64,000 nt of DNA from Gemmatimonas sp. GTDB taxonomy: Bacteria > Gemmatimonadota > Gemmatimonadetes > Gemmatimonadales > Gemmatimonadaceae. A program made the position numbers and the translations under genes. Shown piece by piece: positions 41,067-50,284 of this stretch (the first letter of the stretch is position 1; every line of letters starts with the position of its first letter). The DNA lies in contig JANNVQ010000049.1 in assembly GCA_031414535.1 (NCBI GenBank), forward strand, positions 64,001 through 128,000. The letters are read 5' to 3'. Below the pieces are notes generated by a model. That model searched no databases. It had not been told where the DNA came from and saw nothing but the letters and a program-made list of their open reading frames with translations.

Positions 41067-41551
41067 TGAACGGTCAGCTGTGGGGCCCGATCACCGGGGC
41101 CGTTGCCTTTTGGGGCACGGTCGCCGTGGGCGGTGCACTGGTGACCGACATCGGCCCGTGGTACAAGGCATTGCGGCAGCCGTGGTGGAAGCCCCCAGAC
41201 AAGTTTTTCGGGCTCATCTGGACGACGGTGTTCGTCTGCGCGGGCACGGGCGGCGTGATTGCCTGGCGCGGCGCGGGCACACCCGACGAGCGCACGCTGT
41301 TTCTGGTTGCGTCCGTCGTGAACGCGTTGGGCAACACCATGTGGTCGTATCTCTTCTTCCGGCGCAAGCGCCCCGACTGGGCGTTGGTGCAGGTCCTTCC
41401 GTTCTTTGCATCCATCGTGTGGATGTACTGGACTTCGCGTCCACTCGCCTACGAGGCCGGGATTTGGTTTGCTCCCTACCTCGCCTGGGTGATGGCCGCG
41501 ATCAAGCTCAATTGGGACGTCGTGCAGCTCAATCGTCCCTTCTCCGGGTGA
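41066..41551 (+). CDS. tspO: TspO/MBR tryptophan-rich sensory protein
   Basis: WYKALRQPWWKPP...IWT, WSYLFF, PYLAWV. Confidence 0.92.
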   Translation: MNGQLWGPITGAVAFWGTVAVGGALVTDIGPWYKALRQPWWKPPDKFFGLIWTTVFVCAGTGGVIAWRGAGTPDERTLFLVASVVNALGNTMWSYLFFRRKRPDWALVQVLPFFASIVWMYWTSRPLAYEAGIWFAPYLAWVMAAIKLNWDVVQLNRPFSG

Positions 41552-41558
41552 ACGGCCC

Positions 41559-42860
41559 ATGCTGATCTCCCTCGCCGTCGATTACCGGCACGCCAATGTG
41601 GCGACGCGTGAACGCTTCCATCTCTCGGAAGCGCGAATCGCCAAGCTCTATGCGCGTGAACCCAACTCGGTAATCCGCGAAATTGTCTGCGTCTCCACCT
41701 GCAACCGCAGCGAGATTTATGCGTGGGCTGGTGGTGCGGATCCGGCCACACCGGCGGGCTTCGATCACGCCATCACAGCGCTGGCCAAGGCGTGGATGGG
41801 ATCTAAGACCGAAGCGCGCGCCTTGCTCGCGGTGGCCAAGAAGAGTGGTGGCCTCGACGTGGCACGCCGCATCCTGCGGATTTCCTCAGGCCTCGACTCG
41901 CAGGTGATGGGCGACGGCCAGATTCTCGGACAATTGCGTGAGGCGTATCGCAAGGCTGACGAAGCCGGCAGTGCAAGCTCAGTCCTGCATCGCCTCTTTG
42001 ACACCGCCATGCGCACTGGTAAGCGCGTCTCCTCGGAGACGGGCCTGCACTCGGGCCGACGTTCGGTTGGCGCCGAGGCTGCCGCACACGCACATCAGCG
42101 CTTTGGCAACTTGGCGCACGCACGCGTCGTCGTGATTGGCTCCGGCAAGACGGGCCAGTCGGTAGCGCGTCAGCTCCAAAAGCTGGGCGCACGCGACATC
42201 GTGCTGATCAATCGCTCGCTGCCACGCGCCGTGACGCTCGCCGCAGAAGTTGGCGGCCGCGCCGCACCGTACGAGGCGCTGCACGTTGAAGTCGCGATGT
42301 CGGACGTGGCGATTGCCGCCACCGCCGCCACCGAACCGGTGGTGATGTACCAGCAACTGCGCACCTCGCGCGAGAACTGCGGAACATCCACGTATCCACT
42401 GTTGCTGCTCGATCTCTCGATGCCGCGCAACGTGGATCCGGCACTCGCCGGCGTCCCGGGCGTGACCATCTCCGACCTCGACGCATTGCACCTGCCGGTG
42501 CTCGCCGCCGAGGAACTCCGCAAGGCTGCAGTCCCCGCAGCGGAGGCCATCGTAGAAGCGGAACTCGAGAGCTTTGTGGAATGGGTGTCAGCCGCCGCGG
42601 CACGCGACGCGATTCGCCCGCTGGCCGAAGCGCTCACGGAGATTTGCCGTCGCGAGCTCACGTTTGCCGCCGGCGATGCAGTCGCCGAGCACGCAACAAG
42701 CCGCATCGTGGCGAAGCTGTTGGCAAGGCCGATGACCAAGCTGCGCACCGCAATGGCGCACGGCGAAGCCCTGCACGCCTTCACGATGACTTTAGATTCC
42801 TTGTTCGCTGGCCCCATTCCGGCCCCCGAGCGCACGCGGGTCAAGCGCCGCACTTCGTAA
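41559..42860 (+). CDS. hemA: Glutamyl-tRNA reductase
   Basis: STCNRSEIY catalytic Cys, SGLDSQVMGDGQILGQ, IGSGKTG, DLSMPRNVD. Confidence 0.93.
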   Translation: MLISLAVDYRHANVATRERFHLSEARIAKLYAREPNSVIREIVCVSTCNRSEIYAWAGGADPATPAGFDHAITALAKAWMGSKTEARALLAVAKKSGGLDVARRILRISSGLDSQVMGDGQILGQLREAYRKADEAGSASSVLHRLFDTAMRTGKRVSSETGLHSGRRSVGAEAAAHAHQRFGNLAHARVVVIGSGKTGQSVARQLQKLGARDIVLINRSLPRAVTLAAEVGGRAAPYEALHVEVAMSDVAIAATAATEPVVMYQQLRTSRENCGTSTYPLLLLDLSMPRNVDPALAGVPGVTISDLDALHLPVLAAEELRKAAVPAAEAIVEAELESFVEWVSAAAARDAIRPLAEALTEICRRELTFAAGDAVAEHATSRIVAKLLARPMTKLRTAMAHGEALHAFTMTLDSLFAGPIPAPERTRVKRRTS

Positions 42861-42914
42861 GCAGGATTTTTGCTCAACCAGTAGTACAACAGGCAGTTTC
42901 AGAGGCTTTCCCCC

Positions 42915-43985
42915 GTGAACGATCGTTTTCTCCGCGCCCTCCGGCGCGAGCCCGTTGACCGTCCGCCTGTTTGGATGATGCGCCAAGCTGGTCGCTATCT
43001 CCCGGAATACCGCGAGGTTCGCAAAAAGGCCGACTTCCTGACGATGTGCCATACGCCGGAGCTCGCCACCGAGGTGACGCTGCAGCCGGTGGACATCCTC
43101 GGCGTTGATGCGGCCATCATCTTCTCCGACATCTTGGTCGTCCCGCACGCCATGGGGATGGATCTCACGGTGGACGAAGGGGTCGGCCCGCAGTTCTCCG
43201 ATCCGGTCCGCACCATGAAGGACTTGGCGCGCCTCCGTGACGTAGAGCCCGAGGATGGACTCAAGTTCCATCTCGACGCACTGCGCATGACGCGCCGCGA
43301 GTTGAACGGCCGCGTGCCATTGATTGGATTCGCCGGCGCGCCGTGGACGCTCTTTGCCTACATGACCGAGGGCAAGGGCACCAAGTCGTTCTCGATAGCC
43401 AAGAAGGCGCTGTACGCTGATCCGCTGTTCTCGCACGCGTTGCTCGCGAGGCTCGCGGATAACGTCGGCCGCTTCCTCGTGGCACAGGCGGCTGCCGGTG
43501 CACAGGCCTTGCAGATTTTTGATTCATGGGCCGGCTCGCTTGGGCCACGTGAATACCGTGAGTTTGCGCTGCCCTATATGGCGCGCACGGCAAAGATTGC
43601 CAAGACTGCTGGTGTGCCGGTGATTTGTTTTGCGCCTGGCGCAGGTTGGGCGCTCGGCGAAATTGCCGATGCCACTGGCTGTGATGTGCTTGGCGTGGAC
43701 TGGCACACCGACGCGGCGTGGGCGCGCGGCGTGGCTGATGCCACGGGACGCGGCCTGCAGGGCAATCTCGATCCGACGGCGCTGTATGCACCGCCCAGTG
43801 ATATCAAGGCGCGCACCGAAGCGATGCTTGGTGCGATTGATGGGCCTGGCTACATCGCGAACTTGGGTCACGGGATCCTCCCCGATGTACCGGTTGATCA
43901 CGCACGGGCATTCATTGACACGGTGCAGGCTTGGGATTCGCGGGCTGCCAACTCGGCGTCGCAGGCGGCTGAGGCAGGGCGATGA
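42915..43985 (+). CDS. hemE: Uroporphyrinogen decarboxylase
   Basis: PVWMMRQAGRYLPEY, FSDIL, IGFAGAPWTL, NLGHGI. Confidence 0.97.
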   Translation: MNDRFLRALRREPVDRPPVWMMRQAGRYLPEYREVRKKADFLTMCHTPELATEVTLQPVDILGVDAAIIFSDILVVPHAMGMDLTVDEGVGPQFSDPVRTMKDLARLRDVEPEDGLKFHLDALRMTRRELNGRVPLIGFAGAPWTLFAYMTEGKGTKSFSIAKKALYADPLFSHALLARLADNVGRFLVAQAAAGAQALQIFDSWAGSLGPREYREFALPYMARTAKIAKTAGVPVICFAPGAGWALGEIADATGCDVLGVDWHTDAAWARGVADATGRGLQGNLDPTALYAPPSDIKARTEAMLGAIDGPGYIANLGHGILPDVPVDHARAFIDTVQAWDSRAANSASQAAEAGR

Positions 43986-44947
43986 GCTTGGCGCCCGAGG
44001 GAATCGGGCGCGCCAACCGCCAGGCGATGGCGCATTGGACGGCTGGTCTCCACAATGTGGTGACCGAGATGTTCGAGCGGCTCGACGGTAGTCGCTTGGT
44101 CGAGGCATCTTGGGAGCGCGAGGGCGGCGGCGGTGGACAGTCGCGCTTGCTCACTGAGGGAAAGGTTTTTGAGAAGGCCGGCGTAAATCGCGCCTTGGTT
44201 GAGGGTATCTTGCCTGCCGACGCCGCGGCGCGACTCGGTGGCAACATTCCCGCTGGCACGACGCCGCATTTCTTTGCAACCGGCGTAAGTGTCGTGGCAC
44301 ATCCTCGCTCACCGATGGTGCCCACCGTGCACCTGAACGTGCGCTACTTCGAATTGTGCGATGAAGACGGCAATCGTCACGACGCGTGGTTTGGCGGCGG
44401 GACCGATCTTACGCCTACGCATCCATTTCTGGATGACGCGCGGCATTTCCATAAAGTGCTGCACAGAACCTGTAATGTCTTTCATCCGGGCATCTATCCC
44501 GCCTACAAAGACTTGTGCGACCAGTATTTCCGAAATGCGCACCGCGATAACGAGGCGCGTGGGGTAGGCGGCGTGTTCTTCGATCACGTCCGACCAACAG
44601 ACGTGCCCTTTGGGATGAATGCTGAGCGCTTGCACAGCTTTGTGGATTCCATCGGTCGCGTCCTCACGGACGCGTATGGTCCCATTGTGGAGCGTCGGAA
44701 GGATCTTCCGTTTAACCAGCGCGACAAGGCATTACAGCTGCTAAGGCGTGCGCGCTATGTGGAGTTCAATCTCCTCCACGATCGTGGAACACTGTTTGGC
44801 CTGCAAACCGGCGCGCGCACCGAGAGCGTGCTCATGAGCATGCCACCGGTTGCGGCCTGGCCGGCTCCGAGTACACCGGAGGCCGGGAGCATCGAGGCGC
44901 AACTGGAGTCGATGTTGCTCCCTCAGGACTGGTCAGTCGGTAGCTAA
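43982..44947 (+). CDS. hemF: O2-dependent coproporphyrinogen III oxidase
   Basis: FEKAGVN, HPRSPMVPTVHLNVRYF, WFGGGTDLTP, YVEFNLLHDRGTLFGL. Confidence 0.95.
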   Translation: MSLAPEGIGRANRQAMAHWTAGLHNVVTEMFERLDGSRLVEASWEREGGGGGQSRLLTEGKVFEKAGVNRALVEGILPADAAARLGGNIPAGTTPHFFATGVSVVAHPRSPMVPTVHLNVRYFELCDEDGNRHDAWFGGGTDLTPTHPFLDDARHFHKVLHRTCNVFHPGIYPAYKDLCDQYFRNAHRDNEARGVGGVFFDHVRPTDVPFGMNAERLHSFVDSIGRVLTDAYGPIVERRKDLPFNQRDKALQLLRRARYVEFNLLHDRGTLFGLQTGARTESVLMSMPPVAAWPAPSTPEAGSIEAQLESMLLPQDWSVGS

Positions 44948-44948
44948 G

Positions 44949-46298
44949 ATGCATGTTGCAGTCATTGGCGCGGGCGTGACGGGTCTCTCCGCTGCCGTGG
45001 AGCTACGCGACCGCGGAGCGCAGGTGACGGTGATTGAAGCAGCTCCACGAGTGGGCGGCGTCATCACCACGGTGCACCGAGACGGCTTCCTCGTAGAGGC
45101 GGGCCCGACCTCGATGACCGCGACGGCTCCGCTTGAGCGACTCATTGACCGACTCGGCATCACGGCGTCGCGCATTGGCACGGAGGCCGCGGCCACGCGA
45201 CGATACATCGTGCGCGGGGGCCGCCTTGTAGCACTGCCCGATGGCCCTGGCTCGCTGGCGAGTACCGACGCGATCTCGGCGAGTGCGAAGTTCGCCTTGC
45301 TCCGGGAGCCTTTTGTGCGTGCGCGGCATGACGACGACGAAGAGTCACTAGCCGCGCTCGTGCGACGCCGCCTCGACTCCGAGATTCTCGATTACCTCGT
45401 GAATCCTCTCATCTCCGGTATTTACGCGGGTGACCCCGAACGCCTGTCCGTGAAGTACGCGATGCCGATGCTGCATTACGGCGAACGGAAGCACGGATCG
45501 TTGATTGTTGGCGCCATGAAGGAGATGAAGTCGAAGCGTGGCGGGGTGCGGCACAAGGGCATTACCTCGTTCACGACGGGCCTGCACATCCTGCCTGATG
45601 CCATGGCGTCGGTGCTCGGTGATGGCGTACGCACGGCAACACGGCTCACGGGTCTAGAGCGCCTAGGTACGCGGTGGCGTTTGCACCTCGAAGGAGCGCA
45701 GGGCGGAACTTTGGACGTTGATGCCGTGGTATCATCAGTCCCGTCGTACGCTCTCTCTAGCATCGCAATGCCAGCGGAGATTGGCGCAGCGCTGGGTCCT
45801 ATCGCTCGCTTGCATCATCCGCCCGTCGCCACGCTCGCGCTGGGATTCCGCCGCGAAGATGTCGAACATCCGCTCGATGGCTTTGGCGTGCTGATGCCAG
45901 CTGTGGAACGTCGCACGGTGCTCGGTGTAATTTTTTCGTCATCGGTGTTTGCCGCACGTGCGCCTACCGGGCATGTACTGCTTACGTGTTTCCTTGGTGG
46001 CATGCGCTCGCCAGCAGATGGCAACGCGAATCTCGAGGCCATCCTGCCTGCGGTCATGAAGGATTTACGGCCATTGTTTGGCCTTCGCGCTGACCCAGTG
46101 TTCACCCACCACCAGCGGTGGTCGCAAGCCATTCCACAGTACGAGCTCGGACACGGCGAAGTGCTAGACGCTGCCTCGCGTATAGAAGCCACTCTCCCAA
46201 GCTTCTATCTCTGTGGTCAGTGGCGCCACGGCGTGGCGCTCGGTGACTGCATCGCGCAGGGCCAAGAAACGGCCGGCCGGGTACTCACCAAACCATGA
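44949..46298 (+). CDS. hemY: FAD-dependent protoporphyrinogen oxidase (HemY type)
   Basis: GAGVTG, EAGPTS, GIYAGDP..LS, GFGVL, AIPQY. Confidence 0.9.
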   Translation: MHVAVIGAGVTGLSAAVELRDRGAQVTVIEAAPRVGGVITTVHRDGFLVEAGPTSMTATAPLERLIDRLGITASRIGTEAAATRRYIVRGGRLVALPDGPGSLASTDAISASAKFALLREPFVRARHDDDEESLAALVRRRLDSEILDYLVNPLISGIYAGDPERLSVKYAMPMLHYGERKHGSLIVGAMKEMKSKRGGVRHKGITSFTTGLHILPDAMASVLGDGVRTATRLTGLERLGTRWRLHLEGAQGGTLDVDAVVSSVPSYALSSIAMPAEIGAALGPIARLHHPPVATLALGFRREDVEHPLDGFGVLMPAVERRTVLGVIFSSSVFAARAPTGHVLLTCFLGGMRSPADGNANLEAILPAVMKDLRPLFGLRADPVFTHHQRWSQAIPQYELGHGEVLDAASRIEATLPSFYLCGQWRHGVALGDCIAQGQETAGRVLTKP

Positions 46299-46960
46299 CC
46301 ATACCTCCCTCGCTCTGCGAAGCACTCCGCGCCGGCACCCGAAGCCTGCACACGGAAGCCGAGCGCACTGGCGTGATGGCAGCCCTGTTGCGCGGACAGC
46401 TCGACCTCACAGGCTACGCTCGGCTCTTGGCTGCCTTGCGGGTAATCTATGCGGCGCTCGAAGCGGAGCTCGAGGCCCACGCGGACGATGCCGTGCTCGC
46501 GCATGTGCGTCATTCCGGATTTGCGCGGCGTGCTGCTCTGGAGAGTGATCTCGGCGTGCTCGTGAGGCTCGGCGTTGCACCGGCAGAGGTGGCAACGGAA
46601 GCGTCTGACTATGCAGAGCACCTGCACCGCGTTGGCCGCGATCAGCCTTCGTTACTCGTCGCGCACGCGTGGCTCCGATACCTAGGCGATCTCAACGGCG
46701 GACGCGTACTCGAGCGCATCGTCCGCGAAAAAATTGGCGTGCCAACCGATGCGATGTCGTTCTATCGTTTCCCCGCGCTCGCCGACCCGATGGCTGCAGC
46801 GGTCTCTTGGAGACTCGCCCTCGATACCGCACCCGTCAGCGCAGAGCTACAGCTTGCCTTGGTCGCCGAAGCGAGTCGTGGATTCGAACGACACATCGCC
46901 CTCTTCCGCGCACTCGCGCCCGCGACTCAAGACGCCGCGGACGAATCTTCCGCGGCGTAA
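46295..46960 (+). CDS. bphO: Biliverdin-producing heme oxygenase
   Basis: LRAGTRSLHTEAE proximal His, IYAALE, AHAWLRYLGDLNGG. Confidence 0.88.
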   Translation: MTIPPSLCEALRAGTRSLHTEAERTGVMAALLRGQLDLTGYARLLAALRVIYAALEAELEAHADDAVLAHVRHSGFARRAALESDLGVLVRLGVAPAEVATEASDYAEHLHRVGRDQPSLLVAHAWLRYLGDLNGGRVLERIVREKIGVPTDAMSFYRFPALADPMAAAVSWRLALDTAPVSAELQLALVAEASRGFERHIALFRALAPATQDAADESSAA

Positions 46961-49134
46961 CGACCCAACAGCGCCGAGAGCCGCGCAGCGTGACGCGTGG
47001 CGGCCTCGACTTCCTGCAACAAGGGCGCAATCGTAACAGTGTCGGCTGAGTCGGCAATCTCGCTGACGGCTACGCCCGCATTTGCCCACACCGCTGCGAC
47101 GAGTGCCTGGACTTCCGGCGAGAGCGGGCCGAGAGCACCGAGTTCCTCTAGATTGGTCGGGCGCTGCGCTGCGTAAGCGGCGCGCTGCAGCCGTTCGCGC
47201 GCGAAATCCGCAGCGTGGCGTGCCGTGAGGTCCGTGAAGACCAAGATGCAGCCAAACAGGCCCCCGCGTGAATCGGGAATCGCATCGGCGCGAACGGCCA
47301 ATGGCGTTGGTGATCCACCAGAGCCGCGGGCAAGTCGGAGTTCGCCGCGCCAAGGGACGCGCTCGGAACGCAGCTTGCCAAACAACTCCAAAATGCGGCT
47401 CGGCTGCTCGAAGTGCGAAGAGAGATCGTTCAGTGTTTCGATGGCGCGGAAGGGACCGCCCAACAGACGTGCCAGCGCATCGTTTGCCAACAACACGCGC
47501 CCGCTTTCATCGGCGATGACAATTGGCTCGGCGGCCCCAACCACGGAGGCCCTCATCCGATTCAACTGCGCTTCCGCGAGCAACACGCGCACCGCGCGAA
47601 TCTGCAAGATGATGTCACCGAGCGACTGCCCGATGGCTTTTGCGATAGAGCTATCGCGAGGTGTCCACGGATTGGATGTATCGCGCACTTGTTCGTGCCA
47701 AGCTGCAAACGACGCACGGGGCGTGAGTTGCGTCGCGCCATCAAGCGAGAACGCCTTGCGCGGATCCCCGCCCCAGGTGATGTCCTGCAACTGCTCCTTC
47801 CGGAACCAGACGAGGTACTCGCCACTCGCCGTGCCGAAGCGTACCGCAAGCACACCCGCTGCGACCGGAGTGAGTGCAGCAAGTTTTGGTTCGAGCTTCG
47901 CCATGGACGAGCACGCGAAAATCGGATTGCTGCCTTGCGAATCGAGAAAGGCAAACAGCGCGCGGAGGTCAGGCGTGGACGGCACATCCCCTGTGGTCTG
48001 CACCTCGCCATCGAACAGTAGTGCCGCACCCGTCGCGCCCACCGGCTGTAACAGTTGCCGCGGCGTGTCAAAGAGTGCGTGTCGCCAATCGCCGTCGGTG
48101 GCCGTGGCCTCAATGAGGCGCTGTTCTAACCGACGCACCAACACCTCGGCCTGTGCCTCGGCGAAGTGCTCAAGCGCTGAGATACGGGTAGACACAACCT
48201 CGGCGATCAGCTCAACCGCAGCGCGGAGGTCGTAGGGCACGACCTTCGTGGAGAGGTGGTGACAGGAAATCAGTCCCCAGAGCCGGCCTTCGTGAATCAG
48301 CGACGCCACCAAGGTGCCCTTCACGCCCATGTTCGTGAGGTACTGCACATGCATCGGCGAGACGCTGCGCAGCGTGGACATCGAGAGATCGAGGTCGTCG
48401 CCCGTGATGGGGTTCAGACGAGGGACTAAGGGGACCGGCGTATAGGCCAGATCCACCAGCACGCGAACCTTGTTGCGCAGGTAGAGTTCGCGTGCGCGCT
48501 GCGGAATGTCCGTCGAGGGATAGTGTCGGTTGAGATACGACTCCAGCGACTTCTGCTTGTCCTCGGCGATGATGGCGCCGTGCCCATCGGCGTCAAACCG
48601 GTAGAACATCACGCGATCGTAGCCGAGCAGCTCACGCATCTCGCGCACCACCAGATCTGCAAGCGCCGGAATGGAGTGCGCCGTGGACAGCTGCGTGACC
48701 ATCTTCGTGAGCCGGTCCGCCATGTGCGGCGTGGGCCGCCGGTGGGGCGCCTCACTGACTTCTTCCATTTCGACAACGATTCCGCCCGCTGGAGGACGGT
48801 GCAGCAGCGCGGTGGCGGTGAACTGACGGCCGTCCACGGCAAGTCGCGTACGTAACGGGAGGAGGTTCGCGAGATGCTGACCTTCTGCAGCGCCTCGGAG
48901 CGCGTCCGCAAAGTCGGCGCCCAAGATTTCGATTGATTGTCCGAGCAATGCCTCTGGCGGACACCCCAACAGCGTCGAGACGTTCGCGCTGACTTGGGCA
49001 ATCACCATGCGAGGCTCGGCCAGCACCATCAACAACCCGTGCGGCTGAATGCTGCCGCTCAGGTGGATGAGCTCGCGCTCGCAGTTCGAAAGATCGGCTT
49101 CTCCGAAGCGGGGGGATTCGGAAGACACAGCCAT
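46927..49134 (-). CDS. bphP: Bacteriophytochrome, BphP1-like (PAS-GAF-PHY-PAS-helical, no kinase)
   Basis: DLSNCERELIHLSGSIQPHG (biliverdin Cys), DRVMFYRF, DIP, PRASF tongue; no H-box or ATPase. Confidence 0.93.
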   Translation of the reverse strand: MAVSSESPRFGEADLSNCERELIHLSGSIQPHGLLMVLAEPRMVIAQVSANVSTLLGCPPEALLGQSIEILGADFADALRGAAEGQHLANLLPLRTRLAVDGRQFTATALLHRPPAGGIVVEMEEVSEAPHRRPTPHMADRLTKMVTQLSTAHSIPALADLVVREMRELLGYDRVMFYRFDADGHGAIIAEDKQKSLESYLNRHYPSTDIPQRARELYLRNKVRVLVDLAYTPVPLVPRLNPITGDDLDLSMSTLRSVSPMHVQYLTNMGVKGTLVASLIHEGRLWGLISCHHLSTKVVPYDLRAAVELIAEVVSTRISALEHFAEAQAEVLVRRLEQRLIEATATDGDWRHALFDTPRQLLQPVGATGAALLFDGEVQTTGDVPSTPDLRALFAFLDSQGSNPIFACSSMAKLEPKLAALTPVAAGVLAVRFGTASGEYLVWFRKEQLQDITWGGDPRKAFSLDGATQLTPRASFAAWHEQVRDTSNPWTPRDSSIAKAIGQSLGDIILQIRAVRVLLAEAQLNRMRASVVGAAEPIVIADESGRVLLANDALARLLGGPFRAIETLNDLSSHFEQPSRILELFGKLRSERVPWRGELRLARGSGGSPTPLAVRADAIPDSRGGLFGCILVFTDLTARHAADFARERLQRAAYAAQRPTNLEELGALGPLSPEVQALVAAVWANAGVAVSEIADSADTVTIAPLLQEVEAATRHAARLSALLGRYAAEDSSAAS
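46932..46958. terminator. 10-bp GC hairpin inside the bphO/bphP tail-to-tail overlap
   Basis: ACGCCGCGGA-CGAATCT-TCCGCGGCGT; no U tract. Confidence 0.4.
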
Positions 49135-49178
49135 TGGCTCGTGATATCGGGCCGCGGGACCGACGGCCCTAGGGGTTG

Positions 49179-49271
49179 AGTGACCCTTATGTTACAACTA
49201 CTCTCGCCGCGGCGCACTAGGGGGCAACCCTGATATTGAGTGTCAGGATTGCTTGACAAGATGGCCTGACA
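49179..49271. promoter_or_regulatory. PpsR boxes in the bphP/hemC divergent region
   Basis: Perfect TGTCAGGATTGCTTGACA (49241-49258); one-mismatch boxes at 49254-49271 and 49179-49196. Confidence 0.75.
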
Positions 49272-49336
49272 GCGGCGGATGCGCTCTATAGATTGTCCCC
49301 TCAGCTACCCCCTTTCAATATCTAGGAGGCGCGCTG

Positions 49337-50284
49337 GTGCAGTCCAAGCAGGTCGTTATCGGTACGCGGGCCAGCAAGCTCGCGCTTTGGCAGTCCAATC
49401 ACGTGCGGGACCGGCTCTTAGCGCTCCACCCGGACCTTGAGATCTCGCTGGAGCGGATTTCCACCCGCGGCGACGAGATTCAGGACCGACCGCTCGCTGC
49501 CATCGGTCGCAACTCGCTTTTTGTAGCCGAGATCGAAGATGCACTGCGTTCGGGGCGCATTCGGCTCGCGGTGCACAGCGCCAAGGACCTGCCCTCCACA
49601 CTCCCTCCGGAGTTTGCGATTGTGGCGTTCACCACTCGCGCTGACCCGCGGGACGTGCTGGTGTCCAAGCACGGCACCCTGATGCAGCTGCCCCAGGGTG
49701 CGCGCATCGGCACCAGCTCGCCACGGCGCACTTGCCAACTCAAGGCCGCCCGTCCCGATGTGGTCTGTCTCGATATCCGTGGCAATGTGGACACGCGCTT
49801 GGCCAAGCTTGAGCGCGGCGACTACGATGCGATTGTGCTCGCCGCAGCTGGGCTCGATCGCCTCGAGTGGGGTCACGTGGTGACCGAGCGCCTCGAACCA
49901 TCCGTGATGTTGCCAGCCGTTGCGCAGGGAATTCTCGCCATCGAAGCGCGGGCCGAAGACGAACAAATGGCGAAGCTCTGCGCTTCGCTTGACGATGCGA
50001 CGGCCCGCGCCTGTGCTGTGGCTGAGCGCTCATTTCTCGCGGCGATGGGTGCCGGCTGCAACGCGCCGCTTGCCGGCTTTGCCACACTCGAGCGCGAGAC
50101 GCTCACGCTGTCCGCACTTCTCGGCTCGCCCGATGGCCGCCACGTGAAGGTCACGCGCTCAGCGCCGCGGGCCCAAGCCGCTACACTCGGCCAAGAGGTG
50201 GCGACCGCGCTTGTGGCCGACGGTGGCGCAGAGTTGCTCGCTGCCGCGATTGCTGCTACGAGTGCCGCCCACGCGAATGGCTGA
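49337..50284 (+). CDS. hemC: Hydroxymethylbilane synthase
   Basis: IGTRASKLALWQS, AVHSAKDLP, GTSSPRR, IRGNVDTRL, GAGCNAP. Confidence 0.95.
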   Translation: MQSKQVVIGTRASKLALWQSNHVRDRLLALHPDLEISLERISTRGDEIQDRPLAAIGRNSLFVAEIEDALRSGRIRLAVHSAKDLPSTLPPEFAIVAFTTRADPRDVLVSKHGTLMQLPQGARIGTSSPRRTCQLKAARPDVVCLDIRGNVDTRLAKLERGDYDAIVLAAAGLDRLEWGHVVTERLEPSVMLPAVAQGILAIEARAEDEQMAKLCASLDDATARACAVAERSFLAAMGAGCNAPLAGFATLERETLTLSALLGSPDGRHVKVTRSAPRAQAATLGQEVATALVADGGAELLAAAIAATSAAHANG

